Positions 55,364 through 64,000 of a stretch of 64,000 nt of DNA are shown here, one piece after another (positions within the stretch are counted from its first letter, which is position 1; each line of letters begins with the position of its first letter). The stretch comes from Cladosporium halotolerans (Eukaryota), in contig NW_027191471.1 in the NCBI RefSeq assembly GCF_011745625.1, positions 248,001-312,000 of the forward strand, given 5' to 3'. The notes below the pieces were generated by a model. That model worked only from the letters and a program-made list of their open reading frames with translations, was not told the DNA's origin and searched no databases. The position numbers and the translations under genes were made by a program.

Positions 55364-58075
55364 CCCACGTGTCAGTTGTTGGGATGTTGAGTACCGGATG
55401 GTAGTTTGTGCTCCATGTGCTCCTTACCTTCCAGATTGGCGTCAATGCCGAGCGACCGGTGACCGCTCGCGGACCCTTTCTTGCTCGACACCTTTGCAGA
55501 TCGATCCTCGCAGCGCGTAGGCTATGCTCTTGCTCCGTCGTGCTCGACACGACAGGTAATGCTCCAGAAATCACGCTCCACAAACGAAAGGTGGTGCTCG
55601 ACGCGCCTTGAAAGGAGAGACAAGCGCGACCAATCAGCAATACAAGCCAAACGGCATAATCCAAGCAGCGCGAAAACGGGACAAATACAAGCTGACGGGG
55701 ATGGCAATAGCGACGATCCAAGCTCGGCGCCCTTTCTCTGGGTCGGTGAGGGCTCCAAAGAAGGGTGCAGATGCGGTGTCTGGCGAAAATGTTACAGGGG
55801 GCACGGCCGCCTTGGGATTCGGGGGAGACAAATGACGGAGGGCAGCGCACGGTGCCGCGGACGGTGAGCTGCTCATTTGCCAGCGGAGGAGAACGTGTCA
55901 TGCCGCCGCCAGCAGCCTTGGGCTGGCACGCATGCAGTGTGCGGCAGTATTGCTGGTTCTTGCCTGCAACACGATCGGATGTATGCACACTTCGGCCATC
56001 TGACATCGGACGAACACGACGTGAAGACGGCATTAATGTACGCCTCGTCACGTGAATTCGCGAATTGGCTTCTCCTCAAGTCCGGTACGGGCGGGTGCAG
56101 GGATCCAGCTGTTCTTTGTTGATTTCAGGGACTCTTCGGCTGCGGGGCGCGTCTGGCCGATCACACCGCTGTGTGCAGGTTTTGTGAGGGTTAGGGTTGG
56201 GGTAAGCCACTTCACATGAACAATAAAGGCCTTGGGCGTCGGAAGGAAGCACGTGTGGTTTTTGTGGACGTAGATGCTCTGAAAATAAGTCGAGCAATTC
56301 TTTCCCCTCGAAGTGTCAGGTATCTGGCTTTTTGAGGCTTGACGCCAACTCACCGTCCCATCCCACCCTCACCAAATCCCAAATCAGCATTCGCATGTCC
56401 GCCCTCAACATCCAAATACGCCGGAACAGCATCATACTCATCGCTTTGGAGATCGCGAAGGTTCTGGACGATGGAATTGATTACGTGAGAACTCCAGCGT
56501 GATCAATGGTCAAAATGATAGGTCATACATCTTCGTTCATATGTACATCTTCAACGACCGTACCTGGAGCTCAAAGCGTTGGAGTACGTACGCCTCAAAC
56601 GCGCATTTTTATAGCTGCGCCTTCAAAAGAAACGCCACGGCCTTTCGGAGCTCAAACATTGGCTCATCACATGGTCTGAAACGCAACTTTGACGCGTGGT
56701 ACGTCGAGAAAGAAGGCTCTGTGTCCAAATGCCGGCTGCAGACCGCCGAAGCACTCGAGTACCAGCCTGCACGGGTAGGGCGGCGTACGTGGCGAGTCGA
56801 AGCCACGCAGTGGTTCCACATGTAGAATCATATTTTGGCGCTATGAGCCATGCAAACGTACCTGTGCTGGTTTACAAGCCGCTGCAGGTACGATGATTGT
56901 TGTGTGATAAGAAGGTCTCAAAGTCCACCCCCCGTGAAGCTTGTGAGGTGCTTGAGGTTGCGGCACGGAGCCATTGCCCACGAATACAACTCAGTTCCCT
57001 TGCGCGACTTGGAGAGACAACGCTGACGACTAGCCATTGCAGTGTCACGCAGGGTGATTTCGTAGGTTTGCTCCATGTTCGACGGAGGCATGCGAGGGTC
57101 ATCTTGGTATGCTCAAGGTGATGTCTCTGGCGTCTCTTGCAGTGTGGCGACGGCGATGTCAAGGACCGGCAACTCTTCCATGTGAGTCGTGTATCACATG
57201 GCGACTAAGGTAAACGCAGAGAACAGGCACGACAGGAGGCGAAATGCAATGCTGAAGTTAGTTGCAGATGGATAACTGTCCTGCGTGATCGGGTACTCCG
57301 AGGACACAGCGTCATACTCGGACGCTCATGCTAGTTCCAAACGGAGATTAGAGCAAAGGAGATACTCGGGTGTAGGCTGTCGTAACGGCTTGGAATATGT
57401 TGTGTGGCCAAACGAACCATGCAATGATGTTTTTTGCTGAGCCGCAGGAGCAGCTTTTCTCGGCCGTACAAGCAGCCAAGGAGGGCGTGGGGCGAAGCAC
57501 CGGGATGGCTTACGTCGGTCGTTAGATAGCGCACGTGATAATGCACAACGAGCTTTGTGCAGACGAAGACCCGCTAAATGTACGATACAGGCATACGATT
57601 GGTCTATAGTCAGCATGCAGCATAAATCTGCAACGGGCAAAGGAGCCGTCGCCGATCGGTGGCTGAAGGATACCGAGGCACAAGCTTTAGTGCCTGAGCT
57701 AACGGGGCCACGGACTGGCGATTGACGACAAGAATTGTGTCCCATCGTCTCGCTTGCGACACTCGCGGCGCGGAATGCCCACCACACGGACAAGACGGCT
57801 GAGACATCTTGCTCCGGCCTGCCATCTGTGCTTATAAGGCCTTTTTGCCAGCAACGCTGTAGGAGAGCTCTCACATCATCCCCGCTTGACTTCACGTGTT
57901 TGTCTCACAGCAGTGGCGTCAGCTCTGCTCAACCGCCCCACGATCCACGACGTGCTGACTACAGATCAACACCGCTCTCTGATCCATAACCACACAAGCA
58001 GCCTCCTTCAACCTCCTCATCGCCGCTGCTTACCCCTGACTGCATCACCCTCGCGCCCCAGCGCCTATCACCGGC

Positions 58076-61000
58076 ATGGCTACCATCGACGAGAGGGACA
58101 CCGTCCCTATTCCTCAGCCACGCGGCTACCCTCTGGTTGGTAACGTCACAGATGTCGATCCCGAACAGCCCATAGCATCTTTGATGAATCTCTCGCGCCA
58201 GTATGGTATGTCTGGTCTCAAAAATGGCTTAGTGGTTTCACCTGCTGACAGAGCTTAAGGCGAGATCGTATCCTTGACACTGTTCGGCCAGCGCCGTATC
58301 TTTGTCAACACGGTCGAGCTACTCAACGAGGTCTGCGACGAGAAACGCTTCACTAAGTCCGTCTCAGCTGCCCTCGGGGAGCTTCGTGCTGGTATTCATG
58401 ATGGCCTTTTCACTGCCCACCACGGCGAAAAGAACTGGGAGATTGCCCATCGCACCCTGGTACCCGCCTTCGGACCCCTCCACATGAAAGACATGTTCGA
58501 CGACATGAAGGACCTCGCTTCTCAGCTTGTCCTGAAATGGGCTCGCATGGGTCCCACTTACTGCATTCCGGCCGCCGAGGACTTCACCAGACTGACTCTC
58601 GACACTCTTGCGTTGTGCGCCATGTCTTACCGCTTCAACTCATTTTACAAGGATGAAATGCACCCCTTCATCGATGCTATGGTCAACTTCCTCAAGGTCG
58701 GTGGTAGCAAGACCAGACGTCCCAATGTAATGGCACCCTTCTTCCGCGCCGAGGATCAGCAATTTGACGCGAGCATCAAATACATGCGCGACTTGAGCGC
58801 AGATCTTGTCAGGCAAAGGCGTGAGAACCCAACAGAGACAAAGGACCTGATGAACGCCATGATCAATGGCAAGGATCCCAAGACTGGAGAGTCCCTGAGT
58901 GAAGATTCTATCATCGACAACATGATCACATTTCTCATCGCCGGGCACGAGACCACCTCGGGCTTACTCGTAAGTTATTGATTCAGCGATTCAAGCCATC
59001 TCATGCACTCACTCACTGGAAAATAGAGTTTCTTGTGGTATTACATGCTCAAATCGCCCGAAGCCTACAGGAAGGCCCAAGAAGAAGTCGATACCGTCAT
59101 CGGAAGACGCAGCATCCAATACGAAGATCTTAACAAGCTCCCCTACATCAACGCCATGCTTCGCGAGACTCTCCGCCTGCAGCCTACTGCACCCGGCTTC
59201 TCGGTTACGCCTAAAGCAGAGGGTGGCGAGATCATCGGTGGTAAATACCACGTCAAGAAGGGAGAATCCATGCTGGGTGTGCTCCACTGCGTGCACCGCG
59301 ACCCGGCGGTGTATGGGGCAGATGCAGAAGAATGGAAGCCTGAGCGTATGCTCGATGAGAATTTCGAGAAGCTCCCTCCCGGCTCCTGGAAGCCGTTCGG
59401 AAACGGCGCGAGAGCGTGCATTGGCCGTCCCTTTGCATGGCAGGAGGCTCAGCTCGTTGTCGCCACTCTGCTCCAATACCTCAACTTCCATATGGACGAC
59501 TCCAGCTATGATCTGCAAGTCAAGGCGACCCTGACGATCAAGCCCAAGGACTTCAATGTCCGTGCTACCCTGAGGGAGGGATGGACAGCGACGAAGATCG
59601 AGCAAAACCTGTCTGGATCTATCCGTGGAGACAAGGAGGACCGCCACAGCTCCAAAGCTGCCGCGCCCGAAAACGACGCAGGCATCCCCTTTACTGTCCT
59701 ATACGGAAGCAACAGCGGCACTTGTGAGGCGTTCGCTCAGACTTTGGCGGCCGATGCGGCGTCTCATGGCTTCAAAGCGAGCAAGGTCGACAGTCTTGAT
59801 TCGTTTGCCAGGCAGAACGACCCTCCTAGCGAGCCCGTCGTCATCGTCACAGCCAGCTATGAGGGAGAACCCCCCGACAACGCGGCACACTTCTACAATT
59901 GGCTATCCACCCTGCCGGATGACAAGAAGCTCAACACCTCTCACGCTGTGTTTGGTGCAGGCCACTCGGATTGGAACGCCACTTTCCATCGTGTACCTAC
60001 TGCGGTGGATGAGATGCTTGCGAAACACGGTAGCAAGACTATCTGCCCACGTGGTGGCGCCGATGCCGCTAAAGGAGACATGATGAGCGACTTCCAGACC
60101 TGGGAGGATCAGGTGCTGTGGCCTGCAATGAAGGAGGCCTGCGGCGGCAAAGACGCCAGTCTGGAGGCCGAAGCGTCCGTGGGATCTCAGAATCTCAGCG
60201 TCGAGGTCACTAGTCGCCGCGCTTCTCATCTTCGAGCTGATGTCAGTGAAGCTAAGGTACTCGCCGCCCGTACTCTGACTGCACCTGGTGTGCCGGAGAG
60301 AAGGCACATTGAGATCCAGCTTCCTTCAGCGATGACCTACCGAGCTGGCGACTACCTCGCCATTTTGCCATTGAATCCGACCGAGACAGTTCATCGCGTG
60401 GCCACTCGCTTCGGTCTGCCCTGGGATAGCATGTTGACCATCACCTCTAAGACCAGCACCGCTCTGCCAACCAACAGTCCTATCTCCGCCCATTCGCTGT
60501 TCTCCGCGTACCTGGAGCTTTCCCAACCTGCTACCAAGCGCAACCTTGCTATGTTGATTTCAGTGGCCACCGAGAAGAAAGACAAGGAGGCCCTGGAGTC
60601 TCTTGCCTCTGATGAGAACTTCACCAACGAGATCACTGCCAAGCGTGTCTCGCTCCTCGATCTGCTCGAACGCTTCCCGGACCTCCCTCTCCCGTTGTCG
60701 GCCTTTATCGCCTCTCTGATCACGATGCGCGTGCGCCAGTACAGCGTATCCTCATCTCCGCTCAGCAACCCCAACGTCACGTCGCTCACGTATGCCGTCC
60801 TTGACAAACCAGCCCTGTCAGGTCAAGGACGCTACATCGGCGTCGCAAGCCACTACCTCTCGAAGCTCAAGCCGGGCGACATGGTCCATGTCGCTGTCAA
60901 GCCCTCTCACCAAGCTTTCCACCTGCCCGCCAAGGGTGAGGAGACCCCCATCATCATGGTGGCCGCCGGCACAGGCCTGGCTCCCTTCCGTGGCTTCATC

Positions 61001-61417
61001 CAAGAACGCGCCGCACAGATCGGTGCAGGCCGCGCTCTCGCGCCGGCACACCTTTACATCGGCTGCAGGCACCCGGAGAAAGACGAGCTGTACCGCGAAG
61101 ACATGAGCCGCTTCGAGAAGCTCGGCGCCGTCGAAATCCACCGCGCCTACTCGCAAGCGCCCGAGCACAGCAACGGCTACAAGCACGTCGACGACGTCTT
61201 GCGCGCCGACAGGGAGCTGCTAGGCCAGCTCTGGAAGGATGGCGCCAGGGTGTATGTTTGCGGCAGCAAGGGTGTTGGCGACGCTGTCAAGGACATTGCG
61301 ATTGAGCAGCGCAGGCAGTGGCTTACGGAGCAGGGCGAGGATGACAGCCAGGAGGCGGCCAACAAGTGGTTTGAGAGTATCAGGAACGAGAGGTACAGCA
61401 CTGATGTTTTCGATTAG
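58076..61417 (+). CDS. CYP505: Self-sufficient P450/NADPH-P450 reductase fusion (CYP505, P450foxy-like); exons 58076-58205, 58260-58969, 59027-61417
   Basis: FLIAGHETTSG, ETLR, PFGNGARACIG, flavodoxin LYGSNSGT/TASYEG, FAD RQYSVSSS, NADPH AAGTGLAPFRGF, C-terminal RYSTDVFD. Introns 58206-58259 and 58970-59026. Confidence 0.96.
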
Positions 61418-62181
61418 ACTTGATGAGTTAGATTTTCGGTTTCTAGGTTTATGACGGCCTTTGTGTACGATTTTGGCATTGGTATAAATAATGCTTTCGT
61501 TTTTTTCGGCTTTTTCCGTTGGATTCTCTGCCTGAACAATTTCACACGTTTATCTGTATCAGGATTATCATCGGCAATGGTATTCTTCGCTTCGGTCCTT
61601 CAATGGCCCGAAGCAGTTTGAGTAGTTCATAGCATTATAAAGGTCCCCATTAACGCGTCGAAGTCATCGAGCCGTGACCGTGTCGACCAAACGCCATCGT
61701 CGACTTGGTTTCTTCTCCCCCAGCAGCGCCCGACGCCGAACAACTGAGCTACACTACCGACCAGCATAACACCAACATCCACTGGAAATAACAATAGACC
61801 ACCTGAATTCGTCGGCCATAAGACCCATACCCGCGAACGATCAGCCCGACCGTGCCGACCTCGGTGGAAGGATCGACACTCCAAGCACCCCGCGTTGCGC
61901 CAGGTGGGGTCCTGAGCTCACGCTGCCTACACATAACCGAGCGGCAGCAAGACCCAAGATGAGGAGTAAGGCAATGGTTCCCACTGCGGTAGCTGGCTGC
62001 TTATTAGAACAAGAGAGAAGGGTCGGTGGGACGGAGAATAGCATCTTTCCTCCCCTCACTTCGACTACCAACTGCAATACGAAGTCTCAATCATAAATAA
62101 ACAATCCAGTCCAAACGTACCCCACCACTACGATCCTCACTCTCCCCTCCGAACAATACTTAAGAAGCAGCAACAAACAAG

Positions 62182-63055
62182 ATGTCCCAAGGCAAGCTCC
62201 ACCCCAAAGTCGCCATCGTGACCGGCGGCGGCGGCGGCTTCGGCAAGGGCATCGCGGCCACCTTCCTGCAGCAAGGCGCGAAAGTGATCATCGCGGACTT
62301 CGTCGAGGACGTCGGGCAGAAGACCGCGAGCGAGCTGGGCTGCGAGTTCGTGCGCGCCGACGTGACGAAAAAGGCGGACTGGGAGGCGCTGGTCAAGTTC
62401 GCGGACGAGAAGTTTGGGCGGCTGGATGTTGTGGTGAATAATGCGGGCACGACGTATAGGAACAAGGTATGTGGGACTTGGACATTTACATAGGAGGGAT
62501 TGGGTTTATGCTGATGGACTTGGACGAACAGCCGACGAACGAAGTGACGGACGAGGACTTCGACAAGGTCTTCACGGTCAACGTGCGCTCGATCTACTAC
62601 TCGGCCAACGTCGTGGTGCCGTACATGCAGAAGAAGGGCCTCGGTGGCAGCTTTGTCACAATCGCATCGACGGCAGGCATCAGGCCTAGGCCTGGGTTGA
62701 CATGGTACAATGCCTCGAAAGCGGCGGTGATCAACGCGACGAAGACGATGGCGGTCGAGTTTGCTGGTGACAAGATCCGCTTCAACAGTGTCTGCCCTGT
62801 TGTTGGGCTAAATACTGGATTGTAAGTTGATGTCGATGCTCGGACAGTTGGGTCGATACGTCTGCTGACGAGACTTGCAGGTCTGATCTTTTCCTTGGCA
62901 AGCCGGAGAACCAGGCCAAGTTCATGGCGACTGTGCCTCTAGGACGGGGCTGCTCGCCGGAGGACGTTGGCAACGCCTGCGCGTTTTTGTCGAGTGAAGA
63001 GGCTGCGTTCTTGACTGGCATTGACATGCCCGTTGATGGTGGAAGATGCGTGTAA
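62182..63055 (+). CDS. Classical short-chain dehydrogenase/reductase; exons 62182-62466, 62532-62821, 62881-63055
   Basis: TGGGGGFG, NNAG, YNASK (YxxxK), C-terminal VDGGRCV. Two canonical introns. Confidence 0.93.
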
Positions 63056-63166
63056 AAGTAGTCAAAGTAAATGATTCGTAATGTTGAAATGGAAACGCTT
63101 GTTGGCAAGATAGAGATTGAATTACTAGTATTAGCCAAGGTGTACCGTCCTGCAAGCTTCAGTGGA

Positions 63167-64000
63167 CTACGACTCCCCCTTCATCCCATTGAGATACCCC
63201 TTCAGAAAGATAGACGCTGCCATCGCTCCCGGGTCTGGCGGTGCTGAGCCCGCATCGACCTTGTCGCCCACGTAAGTCGCTGTAGTCCGAGTTAGCCAAT
63301 CTGTCCCGGCGTTCACTGGTAACCTCCAACTCACCTCTGCCAAATTTGGCCTTCATTCCAGCCGTGCTCTTTGCACCCTCCTCAGCAGCCGCCACAGCTT
63401 TTTCAAGTCCCTCCTTCTCGAACGTCTCGCAAAACGGAATCAGCGTATCCATTACCGTCCTCCCGCCCTTCCTCGCACTCGTGTACCCCATCAAATTCCT
63501 CAGCGCCCCACCAGCCGCCTGACCCGCCACTTTCTCATCGACCACAAACCCAGACCCAGCTTCTGCAGCCGCGCGCCTCAAATTCGTCGCAAAAGCCGCA
63601 ACGGCAATCGCGATGATAGCGCCAAGCGTGCCGCCGATCTCCTCAACAGCCTCGTCAATCTCGTCTAAAATGTGGAAGATCTTGCCCGATTTGCAGAGGC
63701 CCGCGTCGACTTGCTTCAGGATGCCCTGGCACATGCCCACGACCGCCTCGCCGCAGTCGCCATCGCCCATTTCGATGTCCCACTTCGTGATGTCGGGTTC
63801 GGCGGCGATGGCGGCGCCGCATGCGGCGCGGAGAGCGGATTCTAGTTTTGCGGCGTCGACGTTGGGGCCTTGAGCTGGGTCGTTCGCGGTCTTGCTGGAT
63901 GCGGCATCGTTCGAGGACGGTGAGAGGTCTTGAATGTCGCGGTAGCCGTTGCGAGGCCATGCTGGTGCTGTCGTCTCGGCGTCCAGGAGCTTGAGAAGGT
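63167..64000 (-). CDS. Dihydroxyacetone/triose kinase family (DAK2/DhaL domain), 5' part outside window; intron 63280-63334
   Basis: EPDITKWDIEMGDGDCG, GGTLGAI, ARKGGRTVMDTL, MKAKFGRATYV, PPDPGA. Confidence 0.92.

Noticed and set aside
56185..56202. TGAGGG-TTAGGG-TTGGGG telomere-like run
   Set aside because: Only one perfect unit, too short to call an interstitial telomere.
61627..62077. Short minus-strand ORFs with a hydrophobic stretch between CYP505 and the SDR
   Set aside because: No coherent gene model or recognisable motif.
1..64000. tRNA, rRNA or transposase genes, and TGA-CTA readthrough-derived PTS1 isoforms
   Set aside because: None recognised by eye; tRNAscan-SE and RepeatMasker would be needed to exclude them formally.

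Overview
A gene-dense chromosomal segment from a filamentous ascomycete. Short GT-AG introns with CTRAC branch points and the gene content suggest a Pezizomycotina fungus, probably a Dothideomycete (inference). About 23 protein-coding genes can be modelled by hand. In order: a partial stand-alone P450, a DHA1 MFS transporter, an RTA1-like protein, a LARP1-like La protein, a Clr4/DIM-5 H3K9 methyltransferase, Rrp1/Nop52, a small myristoylated SVIP-like protein, a conserved hypothetical protein, TRAPPC11, Nas6, a Cu-only SOD, the head-to-head pair Prp31/Clf1, a four-gene putative nitrogen-catabolic cluster (DUF1772, Dal5-like permease, frameshifted amidohydrolase, Zn2Cys6 TF), GH17 Bgl2, two mitochondrial carriers flanking a hypothetical gene, a 2.3-kaa coiled-coil protein, CYP505, an SDR and a partial DAK. 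I recognised no intact transposon, tRNA, rRNA or CRISPR array. The main leads are: (1) a Cu-only SOD whose catalytic domain is separated from its GPI-anchored Ser/Thr stalk by one in-frame TAG; (2) a giant coiled-coil protein with four PAM2-like motifs, resembling basidiomycete Upa2 in architecture, whose first ATG lies inside a canonical intron; (3) a degenerate chromodomain visible only after splicing in the H3K9 methyltransferase, with RIP-like dinucleotide bias upstream; (4) a catabolic cluster with a GATA/CreA-rich promoter and a frameshifted enzyme. All family assignments come from motif recognition by eye; no database search was run.
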